Assembly: GCA_964016885.1 (NCBI GenBank)
Contig: OZ024753.1
Coordinates: forward strand, 32,364,001-32,428,000
Source: Eledone cirrhosa
Taxonomy: Eukaryota
Reading direction: 5' to 3'
DNA length: 64,000 nt
Below the pieces are notes generated by a model. It was not told the origin of the DNA, searched no databases, and saw nothing but the letters and a program-made list of their open reading frames with translations. This document shows, piece by piece, positions 28,816 through 42,015 of the stretch (within the stretch, counting starts at the first letter, position 1; each line of letters begins with the position of its first letter). The translations under genes were made by a program, and so were the position numbers.

Positions 28816-29230
28816 GTGTGGTGGCTGGGAAACAAACAAGGACATGTGTGTGTGTTTGTATTTATCTCCCGTAAATTAGCTGTTCGATCAAACAAGTTTG
28901 CTAAATTGAGTTTCACAATAATCGATCCATAAGATCGATTCATTCAAAGCGGTGCCAGAGCATGGCAGCAGTTCGAAAATTATGTAATAAAAGAAAGGAT
29001 AAAAATGGGTTTCTAGCCAATGGCCCGCGTGAACCTTTCTATCAAACAGGCAACAATGCATATTTCTTTTTAAAGTAAAGTGTTTAAATCGTTTGAATTG
29101 GCAACATCCCAAGTTTAACATGAGGAACAATTCAATTTCCTCATCTTAATCAGGCCGTATTCAAATAAATAACAAATAGACATGTCATAGATGTTTAGGA
29201 GCGAGAGTCTGTTCTTCTCTCTCTTTCTCG

Positions 29231-29271
<41 letters not shown>

Positions 29272-29280
<9 letters not shown>

Positions 29281-29432
29281 AATATTTGTTTCTACTTTAG
29301 GCACAAGGCCAGCAATAACCCAGTTCATTACTGGTACTTTATTTTATCGACCCCGTAAGGATGAAAGGCAAAGTCAACCTCGGCGGGATTTGAACTCAGA
29401 TCGTAAAGGGACGTAACTATGTGTGTAATATT
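29272..29432 (-). mobile_element. 5'-truncated SINE (second family) with 15 bp target-site duplication
   Basis: tatgtgtgtaatatt at 29272-29286 and 29418-29432. Confidence 0.85.
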
Positions 29433-29949
29433 AAATACAGTGAAGGCCATATGCAGTGGTGTGTAAGTTTATTTCTATGTCCATGTTGTATAGTTTTCAC
29501 TGGGCGTCGACGATTTGGTCGTGCTATTCCCACCCGATCTCGACCCGAGTTTGTCAGATGGTATAAAATATTTAAACAACTTAAAAAAAAAAATTCATTC
29601 ATGATACGAGGGGGCCGGTTTATGATACGAGAGGGTTCTAAGCATGCTGGATATGGTAATAGACTTATACATTATTGCATATGGCATTCGCAGTATTTAA
29701 TATTCTATAATGGTATAGCTTGAACATCTCGTTGAGTGCATCATTTTATCTACATCATTGCAGGCAAATTCGAGTAAATGTTTGTGAAAGTTTTGAGATA
29801 CACCAGCAGGTCAACCTCCCAAGGTCCACCTTCATGCACAACCAGTTCACGGATTCCGAGTTGGAAACCACTAGCTAGCAATATCCAGATGACGCCGAAA
29901 ACTTACTATGCTTTTGAAAAAGCCAACCATTACATAAGTCACATGAAAC

Positions 29950-30150
29950 AATTGTTTCTACTACAGGCATAAGGCCAGCAATTTTGGCGGAAGAGAAAGT
30001 AGATCAAATCGCCCCCACTGCATTGTTGGTGCTTTATCTTATTGAACCCGTAAGGATGAAAAGCAAAGCTAACTTCGTCAGGATTTGAACTCAGAACGTA
30101 AAGGCACAAAACTCTATGCTGCGAAGCATGTTTTCCGACGCTCTACCGAT
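29950..30150 (-). mobile_element. SINE, second family
   Basis: aaggccagcaatttt...gtaaggatgaaaagcaaag...ggatttgaactcagaac. Confidence 0.8.
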
Positions 30151-31282
30151 TCTTCTCTCCTATAAACAAATATGCATTCTTTTACTTTAGGCCGGCCCTG
30201 ATAATGTAGATTTATGATTCAAACCATTCTAGCTAAAGCTATCTTGTCTTTTCTTATATACACAGAACCCAAGAAAAAATTATACAATGTGTGCTTTTTT
30301 CAATGCGTCTAGGTGCGGTGTCAACGTGATTTGGCTGCTATTTCTAGCACATCCAATGTCCACATAGCCTCTCACTTTTGGTCGATAAAACGAGCATGGT
30401 TACCGATGGAGAGGTGGTATAAACAGCAACAACAAAAGCAACGATAATTAATTATTTTCTTTTGTTATGTTTCTTATTTATAATTACCTGCTACTTCTCC
30501 TCCTTCTCGTCTCTCTCTTTCTCTTTCCCACTCTCTCTCTCCTTCTCTGCTTGTGCTACAAATTTCCCTCCTCATTCTATCCCTCGCTGTAGATCGGCCT
30601 GGATGGGCGGCCTCTTTCAGCTGCTCGACAATGTAGTAAAGGTCACTAAATCAAAAACTATCACTACTACATACCTACCTACCACCGTAACATAAATAGC
30701 AACAGAGAAGTACCTTAGAGGAGACTCCAATTGTAAATGGATGGGGAGAGGCTGGGGGGGGGGGGGGTGAAGTCGAAAGTGGGTAGATTGATGGAAGGTG
30801 TGAGATGGATAGATAGATAGCTAATAGAAAATAAGACAGAGGGAAAGGAGATGATCTGGATAGAGAGAAAGAAAGAATGGAAGAAGTGGAGGAAGACAGA
30901 CTCCAATATAAATAAAGATAAATAGAAAGAAAGAAAGAAAGATAGAAAGAAGAAAAAACGAATGAAAGAACAGAAGCATAGAAAGGGAGTTGCAAGGCGG
31001 GATATTAGTTCCCTCGCTCGCTGTGTGCCGGTATGAAGTATCCTTAAATTTCCTCTGCCTGTTAATGAAACTGTGGTGACGAAGCTCCCTTGCTAAGACC
31101 CAGCAAGAAAGATAAAAGAAAGATGAGAGAGAGAGAGAGAGAGAGGAGTAAATAAAGTGATCGGAGGAAAGAGAAGCTAGAGGAAGTATATAAAGAAAAG
31201 TGAGAGAGAGAGAGGAAATTATGTGAATAAATATGAGAGACAGAGATAGAAAGAGGGAGAAATTAAGGTATTATTTTATTCA

Positions 31283-31476
31283 GGGCGGTGGATTGGCAGT
31301 ATCAGTAGAGGGTCGGACGGCATGATTTGACGTATAGAGTTACGACCCTTGACATTCTGAGTTCAAATCCCGCCGAGGTTAACTTTGCCTTTCATCCTTA
31401 CGGGGTCGATAAAATAAAGTACCAGTAATGCACTGGTTAATTTGCTGGCCTTGTGCCTAAAGTAGAAACAAATATT
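31283..31476 (+). mobile_element. Full-length SINE, second family, with ~11 bp TSD
   Basis: gggcggtggattggcag head, B box, central domain; tattttattca on both sides. Confidence 0.88.
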
Positions 31477-31489
31477 TTATTCATTATAT

Positions 31490-31750
31490 TTTACTGATTT
31501 CAGGCTTTAATGCGTGGCTATGCTGGAGCATCTCTTTTTGTCTGCACTAGTACTTCAATTTTCAAGCTTGGTACTTATTTTATCGATCACTTCTTATCAA
31601 ACAGCTATGTTACGGTCCATAAACAAGACATTCACACAATCCACTCACAAGGCATTCTTCAACCAGAGGCTATGGTACAAGGTGCCACACAGTAGTACTG
31701 AACCAAGAACCACGTGGTGGTGTAACAAACTTCCTTGCCACACTATCATG
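31490..31750 (-). mobile_element. Decayed SINE of a third family
   Basis: gcgtggctatgctggagca...ttggtacttatttt...caaggtgccacacagt...actgaacc; related 3' ends at 37455-37500 and 37720-37900. Confidence 0.6.
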
Positions 31751-31802
31751 TGTGTATACGTGTGTCAGAGAGTGAGAGAGAGAGAGTGCGAGAGAGAGAG
31801 AG

Positions 31803-31855
<53 letters not shown>

Positions 31856-31882
31856 CAAAGGTGTGTAAATAAACCTGAGAGT

Positions 31883-31977
31883 AAATAATTGTTTCTATTT
31901 TTGGCACGAGGCCAGCAAAATAACCAGTGTATTACTGGTACTTTATTTTATCGACTCCGTAAGGATGAAAGGCAAAG
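31883..31977 (-). mobile_element. SINE 3' fragment, second family
   Basis: ggcacgaggccagc...actggtactttattttatcgactccgtaaggatgaaaggcaaag. Confidence 0.8.
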
Positions 31978-32159
31978 AGGAAATGAAAAAGAATAATTAC
32001 ATGAAAAGGGAGAAAGAATGGACATTGTTTTCTTAGTATATATCTTAGCTCTTTTAGAGCACTTATGGATCTTCGTCGATTTCAACGAAGACAGTTCTAC
32101 AGTTCTATTTCTTTATTAAGTATATACATATGTATCCTAGTGTGTGTATATATATATAT

Positions 32160-32645
32160 AAGTTTATCTCGGTTTCAATCGGGGCTACCACAGTAAGTAA
32201 GGTACTCAATATAAAGAAGAATATAAATATTTAATATAGAAAAGGCTTCTACCGGACTAGAACTGTTTCATTTGGGAGAAATCATCAGGACGCCTATTCC
32301 TGATGATTTCTCCCGAATGAAACAGTATATTTAGTAGAAAATGACCGAACAAAATCCTGGAGGCAATTGTACACATTTTAATTAGGTTCAGAAGTATGAG
32401 TTATATAGTCAACGTTTCGGGCACTTGCCCTTCATCAGGAAAAACAGAAAAGGAAAACTGCGAAGAAATTAAAGTTAAACATAAATTAAAAAGGTTAAGT
32501 TTATCCTAGGTTCAATCGGGGGTAATCACAGTAAGTAAGGTACTCAATACAAAGCAGAGTATAAATATTTATTATAGAAAAAGGCTTCTAGAGGACTAGA
32601 ACTGTTTCATTCGGGAGAAATCATCAGGCTTCCTGATGATTTCTA
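32160..32645 (-). mobile_element. Cluster of three Penelope-like termini with hammerhead cores (family D x2 plus one unrelated)
   Basis: Minus strand ctgatga-tttctcccgaat-gaaa-cagttcta-gtc in both D copies, each with a short inverted duplication; ctgatgaagggcaagtgcccgaaacgtt at 32438-32411. Confidence 0.72.
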
Positions 32646-33343
32646 TATAAAACTGCGTGCGCTTCCGATTAGTGAGAGAGAAAATGTTGAGCAGAAAAAC
32701 ACTGGGACAAATGTAAAATCAAGCTCGTTTCTTCAACCACTGAGTGTGGGTTAAGTAACGACGTTACGATATTATGTAAAACCCAGTTTCGCTGCATAGC
32801 GGTGAGATTGATATTCAAGCGGCATCAGTAGCTTCTAAGGCTCTAAATACTAGCCAATATAAAGAAAGCAAGTCTTTCTTTCTGCAGAAGTTAACAATAT
32901 ATTGTCAGAAAGAGCAGTATCTACCCTCATTGTCTGCAACACATACAAAGCTGTGGATGCTACAAAAAATACAAAATTAAAAGGAATGTGAACAAAATGC
33001 TGCAAGAACTCTCTTCTTGGCGATCTAATTCATATATATATATATATTGTTATACTTGGGGAGGGTCATATTTGTGTAATATTGCCAGAATTAATAACAG
33101 AACACACTCACTGTTTGGTTGGTTTTCGCTTTTCGCTTCTGTGTCTTTTATATCGGTAATCTAATTTACTCGGTCCTCAATGTTGCCATTGACTGACCGA
33201 CGGTCAAAAATAATACAGATACAATATAGACACAAACACATATATATAGTCTATCAAAGCTCTTTCGTTGCACATCTGCAACATTGTCAGTGGTGCTATT
33301 GTTTCCTCCCGTTGCATTGTATGTCTACGCCATTTTTTACGCC

Positions 33344-33410
<67 letters not shown>

Positions 33411-33414
<4 letters not shown>

Positions 33415-33662
33415 AACAAGTATGACCCCAGAACTTGAGCTTAGCGGAAAAGTCTGGATAAGGCGTGGTAGGGTCGGAAAGTGCTCTACTACGGAAATAG
33501 GAGCTAGATAACGAAGGAAATGTAGTAAGGAACCAGATGGACCATAACGCACCAAAGTACTCAATACTTAGGATAGTAGAGTGGGTAATAGAAATCTACT
33601 ACCCTAAATATTGAGTACTTTGGTGCGTTATGGTCCATCTGGTTCCTTACCACATTTCCTTC

Positions 33663-33667
<5 letters not shown>
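33411..33667. mobile_element. Fold-back element, family E
   Basis: Arms 33509-33580 / 33595-33666; same family as 42957-43118 and 46788-47166. Confidence 0.75.
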
Positions 33668-33721
<54 letters not shown>

Positions 33722-33725
<4 letters not shown>

Positions 33726-33940
33726 AAGAGTCGGGACCTGGCGGTTGAGCTCTTGCCGTTTCAACAGACAGTTCCGACTGTTTGCCGAAAGGCCTTTCGA
33801 TTGACTGTGAGGCCTTTAGGCCTTTAGGCTCACAATCCGGCAAGATCTCAGTCTCCGGGCCCCGATTCTTCGTAATATAACCCTACTCTACCACCCCAAG
33901 TATCGAGGACTGTTTTTAAACTATCTCGATCCTGATTTAA
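33722..33940. mobile_element. Hairpin element related to 19983-20160
   Basis: agagtcgggacctgg...gagctcttgccg pairs with cggcaagatctcag...ccgggccccgattct. Confidence 0.55.
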
Positions 33941-33980
33941 AGATACACATACCTCTCTCTCTCTCTCTGTCTGTGCACTC

Positions 33981-34020
<40 letters not shown>

Positions 34021-34049
34021 GTGTGTATGTATATATATATATATATATT

Positions 34050-34330
34050 TGGCCCTACATAACAACGATATCACAGATGCACCTGTTTTTGCACTGTTTG
34101 AAATAAAATTATATATTATTTATTCACATTATTTATTCACATTATTTATTCACATTATTTATTCACATTATTAAATGTTTGATAGGTGTAAGTTATATTC
34201 TGTTTAATAATTTTACCAGCTGCATTGAAATCGCTATAAATACATTTATTGGACCTTCGTCGGTTTCGATGATGAGCCCTCCAGTTCAAGCACCAACAGT
34301 GTTTGAATCTTTACAGATACATATACTCTT
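34050..34330 (-). mobile_element. Possible Tc1-like transposon 3' remnant
   Basis: Minus strand LIIETDEGPINVFIAIS resembles Tc1 transposase C-termini; contains a 13 bp (attatttattcac)x4 minisatellite. Confidence 0.3.
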
Positions 34331-34591
34331 AACAAATTCACTCATTTTCCAGCTGGAGCAACAGAAAGTATAGTTCCTTGCTAAAAAAAAAATCGAATTC
34401 ACGAGTTTATGGTTATGGGTCCAACACCGGCTAGGTGACTTCACACATGCCATGTAAATGGCCTTTAACTAATTCTGGAATAATCATGGGAGCCTTGTCG
34501 TGACACACGGGTTGCCGAGGGCATTTTTCAACCTGGCGAAGTTCATGCTCATCTCTCATCAGTTTGGAACAAAGCTGATCTTCCCAGAGAA

Positions 34592-34654
<63 letters not shown>

Positions 34655-34658
<4 letters not shown>

Positions 34659-34745
34659 AAGTACCAGTAATGGATTGGTACTTTATTTATCGACCTCGAA
34701 ATGATGAAAGGCATAGTTGAGCACGGCGAGATTTGAACTGTGAGC
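34655..34745 (-). mobile_element. SINE fragment, second family
   Basis: tggtactttatttatcgacc...atgaaaggcatagttgagcacggcgagatttgaact. Confidence 0.7.
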
Positions 34746-34823
34746 GGAATGAGCCATAACATTTGGAGGCATTAATAAACTGACATCCTCACCACTCCCA
34801 TCTCACATAGATAACTGACACTC

Positions 34824-35060
34824 CTGCTGGTGAAATTAACGTGTAAGTGGCTGAGCATTCCACAAACATGCGAACCCCTAACGTAGTTCTCAGGGAAATT
34901 CAGCGTCACACGGAATGTGACAAGGATGGCCCTTCGAATTAATTACAGGCACAACTTCTTTTAGCCAGATGAGGGGAACTGGAGCAACGTGAAATAAAGT
35001 GTCTAGCCCAAGGACACAACGTGTCGTCGGGAATCGAACTCATCACATTATGATTGAGCG
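34824..35060 (-). mobile_element. CORE-like SINE, longer form
   Basis: actggagcaacgtgaaataaagtgtctagcccaaggacacaacg...gggaatcgaactc. Confidence 0.8.
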
Positions 35061-36019
35061 TTTGTACACTTATATAGAACTGTCAATGAGCGCTTTCTAT
35101 TTACGAGTGTCATATAAAATTCATTTTCCAAATGAAAAGTTTGCAGTAACTTCGAAATTTATTTAGCGTCTCTAAAAGCTCGGTGCCTGAGTGTTCCTGC
35201 GCATGTCTATGGGAATTACTTTCTTATTTAAAACCCAGCCGATGTCCACTGCCTTTTAAATTAACGGGGCGTTGACAAAGTATTGTACCAGGCAATTTCT
35301 TTTGTATGTCTTATCGACCTTCCCCTATCTAAAAATTGCTGACCTTGTGCCTTTAATAGAAATCATATATATATATATATATATATATATGGAGATAGAT
35401 AGAGAGAGCGAGAGAGACAAAGAGAGAGCTAGAGGGGAAAGTTACTACACATTTTATCTATGAATGAACATTTAATTCCTGCACTGCAACTAAGACTGTG
35501 CGCAAGCGCTTCTTTTATTCGTGTGCTTCGAGTTAGTGGGAGAAATAGTGAGAGTGTAACAGAGAGCAACAGTATATATGTATTTGAAAGGGTGGGGAGT
35601 AATTATATAGATGTATATATAGTGAGAGAGAGAGAAAGAGTGTGAGAGGATGTGTTAAAGCGATTGTGTGTGTGTGCGTGACTATATATATATGTGTGTG
35701 TTTACACGTTTCTGTTCCTCTATATAACATGTGTGGGAGACTGTGTTTATAATTTACCACGTTGAGGAATGCGTTGACGGAATGGTTTATGTCGTTTTAG
35801 TTAACAAACCAAAATAGCGCTATAAACACACACACACACACACAAACACACAGATACGTGCTCATATACACACAGTCGGGTCCTCATCTAAACAACGAAT
35901 GTATATATAATCTTTCTTTTACAGATCCGTATATATATATATATATACAAACACACACACATAAACATAGCGAAGAGGGGCAGGGAAATTTGTGTACTGA
36001 AAGTTTTACACACATATCC

Positions 36020-36057
<38 letters not shown>

Positions 36058-36723
36058 TAGCGAGGAGGGGGGTTCAGAAATTTGTGTATTGAAAGTTTTT
36101 CTGTATTTATGTAAAATATGAATTTCTTTCGGAATACTATTTAAATATTTACACTCATATAAATATGTTACATATTCTTAGATAGTTTATTTTTTAGTTA
36201 TAAATTTCATGTAAGTAATATGTTTTCTTTTATTATGCATGCGTGTGTGTGTGTTGTGTGAGTGTCTCTTTTGAGTCAGTGAGTGTGTGTGTGAAATCAC
36301 TGATGTTAGTGTAGGAAATATAGATAGTCGCCGCATGCGTTTGATAGTGCCGGTTCCAACACATTTATCTTCACTATAGGAGCAGGTTTCAGTGTAATTA
36401 ATTGATATTTTCTTTGTATTATTGCATTTATTTAAAGGGGAAAGCTATGACATGGAGGTATGATAGTAGTACATCTCGTGAGTAAGAGGAAATGTGATAC
36501 TATTTCCTAGTCAGTTGTTTAGTTAAATAAGTTGGTTGGTCTTTTTTTTTTTTTAACTTGACAAAATATATCTTTACTAAATTTATATTACTGATGTTTA
36601 TATAGAATTGTGTCAAACACACACACACACAGAGCACGTTTATATAATTTTATATTTAGTAATTTAAGTAATTGAGTTTATTTATAATAGTTTTCGGCCA
36701 AAGCCGAAAGAAAGTTTTATAAA

Positions 36724-37420
36724 ATGTCAACCAAATCTATATGGTACTGTGTAATTTTGTGCGGCGTCTTAAGTTTGGTAAAATTTGGTGATGCTGCCTT
36801 TCAAACGGTGTATATGGCAGTACTTATTGCGGATGATAACAATCGCATCTATTCTTTGGATCGTACCCAGCCGGCGATATCAGTGGCGCTTGAAAAAGTC
36901 AGACGTACAATTTTACGTCCGGACGTAGAGATTGTCGCTTTATACGCAGATTCGCGTTGCAGTAGTACGTTTGGACCCATCAGAGCTTTCGAATTTTACA
37001 GTAATAAAACGGTGAGCGTGTTTTTCGGTCCTGTATGTGACTACAGCCTTGCACCCGTGGCCCGTTATGCAGTTTTCTGGAATATACCTGTCGTCAGCCC
37101 GGGTGGCATGGCGCACGATTTTTCATCAAAAACCGGACCATATGGTGAATATAACACACTTACCCGGATTGGGATTAGTTTCGACATGTTGGGAGTTTAC
37201 ATTATACAAGTCCTTAGGAGCCAGCAATGGAAGAGGGCGAAAATTATCAGCCAGTATCAAGGACAAGATGCTATTTCACCCAGATTTTGTTATTTGGCAA
37301 CCAGTGCAATTGCCAAATCGATGACAATTGAAAGATTTCGATATGAGGAACATATCTGGCGAGAAAGTAACCAGGATACTCGTCAGGTGTTACTCGAAAG
37401 CATCGGGTTACGCCACGCAG
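36724..37420 (+). CDS. First coding exon of a natriuretic peptide receptor-like / receptor guanylyl cyclase gene (signal peptide + N-terminal part of the ANF_receptor ligand-binding domain)
   Basis: Hydrophobic N-terminus; motifs YADSRCS, FFGPVCDYSLAPVARYA, WNIPVVSPGG, EYNTLTR resemble NPR1/NPR3 ectodomains; GC-richer than flanks; AG|GTTTGT donor after 37420 gives 232 codons + 1 nt (phase 1); orthology not determinable by eye. Confidence 0.9.
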
Positions 37421-38036
37421 GTTTGTTTATTTATTATTTTACTTCTTAAACATTTTTTTTACTGGCTTCTTTCATTAGACTGCGGCAATGCTGGAGTATT
37501 ATTGTTCTCAATTTTTATTCCTTTTTACGAAAAATGTTGTTCACCATTTTAACTTGTTTCAGTTTGCTTCTTTATATATATATATATTTTAATATTTACG
37601 TTTTGCAGCGGTGTAGTTATCAACTTTTTTGGTTATCTTTCGATTTAAAAAAAAAAAGCAAAAATGTTTAAGGTTCATTTTGATTATTTCAATAATTTTT
37701 CTTTTATATTATGTACTTCTTCTATTCTATTCTTGGTTTCAGTCATTAGACTGCAGCCAAGCTGGAACACTGTGGTCAAATGGTTCACCAGATAATATCG
37801 CACCATTCCACCCCACCCCTTAGTTTCGTTTTTAAGCTTGGTATTTATTTCGTCAATAACTGTTTGTCGACCCGCTATTTTATGAGATACAAACATTAAA
37901 TACAGACACAGAACATTCACACGCGATCATATTATATATGCATGGCTGTTCGTGTATAATAGGTATGTATGTGTAAAATGATGCCTATGCTCGAATAATT
38001 ATGTTTGTGGAAATGTGTATTAGTGTATAGGTCTAC

Positions 38037-38161
<125 letters not shown>

Positions 38162-39714
38162 CAATTCATGATCATGAGTTCAATTCTTGGCGATGTGTTA
38201 TGCTCTTAAGCAAAAATACTTTTTCATTTGGCTGCAGTCGACACACCGGGTAAAAATGAGTTGTACCAGTAATTCAAAGAGCCAGTCTTATCAAATAGAG
38301 TTTCACTCTGAATCTTTCTGAGAACCAAATTAAGTGGAATTCTAGGTCATACGTTAATTTCGGGTGCAAGCAGTTCCTATTTTTGAGAAACTGGATCACT
38401 CTTAGTCGGAAGAGACGCACACACAAAAATACAAATGAATGGCACAGAACTACAAGGTGTGCAGTCGTTGAGATTGCCTTTGGGAGTTTCAACCTCTACA
38501 AACGTGACTGCTGGTCCACTCGCGGCCACAGCGTTTGACTAACAGGTCAAAGTGCTGTCCGTAGAATAAAAGACAAACCGAAACGATAACTGATAGCAAT
38601 TAAACCATGTATTAAATTATGTATGTATAGGCATATATTATTGTAATACTTTGATTCATTGACTCTGGCGATACTGGATCACCAACGATACGTTGGCAAG
38701 CAAAGTATATTTGCCGTGCTAAATATGACACTGTCTCTAGAATTTTACAATTATTTGTTCATATTGATGTTGTTGTTGTCGTTGTTGTTTTTGAAAGTGT
38801 GTAATGGGCAGGCAGACCTTCACTCAAAGATGTAAAATCCCTCATATTCTTATGTTTTTATATTTTCTATCGACTCAATTATCTCTTGCTTTTTTTTTTT
38901 TTTTTTTTTTTTAAAACAATACTGCGAGATTTGGTTGATATTTCTAACAACCCTACTTACCACATATATACCACCTCTTCTCCCGTTGTCTTTACCATTT
39001 GCTGTTGTTCATGTCGTCTGTGTGCTGATAATGTATGCAGAACAGTTTTCATTCTAACTTGTGTCAATGTTACTACTTATATTTATGTCGTCTGTTATCT
39101 TTCTCGTTGGTATTTCTCTAGTGGTGGGGGTCCTGGTGGTTATTTTTTGTGTATGTAGGTACACATTGATCGGAAATATGGAGGGCAGTAGATGCATGTC
39201 ATTACGTCTACTCTGAGAGGAATAATAAAGGGTGGAAGATGTTTATTGTTATGTACTTAGGTTTATCTTGGGAGGAGGAAATGATGATTTGAATACGTTT
39301 TTCGATGAGGACCTGTGTCCACCCGGTTAGGAAGGAAGGCGGGGTTGAGAACGCAATTTGCTGTGGACTTAATTCTATCTTGTTTGGAAGAAATGAGGAG
39401 TTGAAGTCGTGTCTAGGTGTAGACATATGTCTACCTTAGTAAGAAAAAATCGTGGAATTAAGGACGTATCTTGCTATGGACCTCAATCTATTTTCGTAGG
39501 AAGTAATGAGCAATGGGAGGGTAAAATTGTTACTGTGTGTTTAGAGCCTCCATGGGTAGGAAACATAGACGATTGGTATTGGGTTACTTACTGTGTGTGT
39601 ACAGTAATCCTGGTTGTGCAAGGCAGGCAGTGCTAGATATTCCATGGCCAAATACAGATGAGATCGGTCGCAGCTGTAATGCCTTCCATTATCAGTTTAT
39701 CGTTTGTGCATTTC

Positions 39715-39860
39715 CACGTTCTGGTTTCAACCCTGCCATTGTCACAGTTACCTTTCATCCTTTCTAGTTTGATGAAATATAGTACCAGTTAATAGTGGAG
39801 CTGATATAATCAACATATCTCCACCACCAAATTCCTGGCCTTGTGCCAAAATTGAAAAAT
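39715..39860 (+). mobile_element. Decayed SINE, second family
   Basis: cctttcatcctttctagtttgatgaaatatagtaccag...ctggccttgtgcc. Confidence 0.7.
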
Positions 39861-40999
39861 GAGTTGACACGGAGTCTAAAGTAACTCATTCCGCTGACCT
39901 ACAGGTTGGTAGGCTTAATTCGGCTTTTCGTTTAACATCATTATGTTCTCTGGGTATCCTTAGCAGAGACCACCCTTTTCGAAACATTCAAACACGATCT
40001 CCGGTTTGGGGATAAATTCTTCCCTGTCTCCTTTCGCTTTCTTCAGTCTTGGAGACTCCGAAACAGGTTATGGACACTGCTCCGTAACTAGTTGATAAAT
40101 TATAACAGGACAATGATATACTTCTTATTCATGGTTTAAAGACGTTGTGTTGATTGAACCATGAATGTGTTGAGGAAAGGTATGCCTGTCCCGACTACCC
40201 ATTGAGAAACATTAAACTAAAATTTAGGTGAACTCATCAACCTGGAGCTTAAACCAGTTTCATGTTAAACATCTGAGAATCCACCCTAGAAATGCCATCG
40301 CGAGTAAATCGCAAGGTTATGCCCTCAACCCCCATCACCATACACACACACACACACACACACACATCGACAGAAAGGATCATAGGAGGAAAGGACAAAC
40401 TCTACACTACAGTCTGAGTGGTGATTTGGTCGTGCTCCATAAGGCAGAACAGCCTCCCAAATTCTCCACGGAACTACAAAAATATTTTAAGCAATTCGTA
40501 AATGATCAAGAGCACAGTACGAAACGGAACATATTTCAGTTAATTCGATGCTAAGGTTTTATGTATATTACGTTGCAAGATATTTAAATAGATGGATAAT
40601 ACAGAGGAATTTAATTAATTGAGATATAATTATGTCCCATCACATATCGTAATTTGTTATGCGTTAATTAATGATCTAGAACATGTTATTTCGTGGGAAA
40701 TACTTTAGCATACGAAGTCCGAATAAAATACTAGATTGCAATATCTGAATATATAATTCTAATTTCATGTTTGTGTGTGCATGGATGTATGCATATGCCC
40801 ATGTCTGGATATAAAGTATATTTATGCACATTAACATACACATTATATATACGTGGTTTGTCCCCAAAATATAGGTACTGATTTCCTTATGTACGACCTG
40901 GTAACATAGCCGGTCATTCATGTATATAACCATGTTTGTTGTGAGGCTGACTGCACGTACATACTGGTTTCAACATGATCGATTGAGTCAGTCGCGAGT

Positions 41000-41720
41000 C
41001 ATTGTTGTTGTTTATGTACAAACATGTTAGGTTTGTGATCAAATTTTGTGTGAAACTCAATACGAAATATTTAATCCGATCACACAAGCTTATGGAGATG
41101 CTCCTCTATCTAGAAATAAGGTTCTTAAGTGGTACAAAGCTTTCAACGTGGTCCGAGAAAATGTTGAAAACGAACCTCGTCTTGCAAGGTAAATCGTGTC
41201 AGAAAATTAACAAATTAGGAAGGTGGTGTGAGCGGTGATAGGGAAAGAGCTCTGATTAAATGTTAGAGTGATTCCAAAAGAAACGGGCTTGGATAAAAAT
41301 ACAGGTCACAGCATTTTAAAGAAGAAATTGTGCAGGCTAATGCCCAAAACACTTGTTTGACGAGCAATTTGCGAACAGGTTGGACATTTCTCAGGAATTG
41401 TTAGAAAGACTCGAAATTGAGCCAAATTTATTGGATAAATAATAACAGGAGAGGGATAATGGGTGTTCGCGTATGAGCCAGAAGCAAAACGTGGAATGGC
41501 GCATGAAAAATCCTCGTCCGAAGATAAAACGCATGAGGAGATTCAGGGTGAAAACGATGATTATCACTTTTTCTGACAGTTGTGGTATTGTTAAAAGAAA
41601 GGGTTTACGTCCAGGACAGACAGATAATCGCACCTTCTACAAAGATGTCGTGGAACGACTTCGAAAACGTGTCCATCGTGTCCGAAAGGACATTGAAGAA
41701 CATTAGGTACTGCACCATGT
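41000..41720 (+). pseudogene. Decayed mariner transposase (HTH and part of the DDD domain)
   Basis: Frameshifted pieces RFVIKFCVKL, AYGDAPLSRNKVLKWYKAF..RENVENEPR, VKTMIITFSDSCGIV...PGQTDNRTFYKDVVERLRKRV...*VLHH. Confidence 0.85.
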
Positions 41721-41814
41721 CACTTTCAATCTAATTCTAGATTTCTCTTTTATCAGTCTCTGGCTACCATAATAAGCAAACCACTCTATGTTGTCGTTCT
41801 ATTCGACAAGGAGG

Positions 41815-42015
41815 GGACTAATTAGCAGAGTCGTTATGGTGTCGCATAAAAAAATATTTCGACATTCTGGCTCTAAGTTCAAATCGAGCATAAGTCAAAT
41901 TTGTCTTTCATCCGTCTAGTATCGTTAAACTAAAATGTCAGTTTATTACTGACACCGATGTTCTCCTCCTCTCTTTTCCTATTTGCTGGCCTTGGGCCTA
42001 ACTATCAAACATATT
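41815..42015 (+). mobile_element. Decayed SINE, second family
   Basis: aagttcaaatc, gtctttcatcc, tttgctggccttgggccta. Confidence 0.65.

Noticed and set aside
37421-37449. ORF extension GLFIYYFTS* making a complete 241 aa secreted protein
   Set aside because: Domain is incomplete and a good AG|GT donor with an abrupt shift to T-rich sequence occurs at 37421; most likely intron read-through
38950-39650. Possible decayed LINE ORF or second exon of the receptor gene
   Set aside because: No continuous recognisable motif in any frame, and no NPR exon-2-like peptide with splice sites
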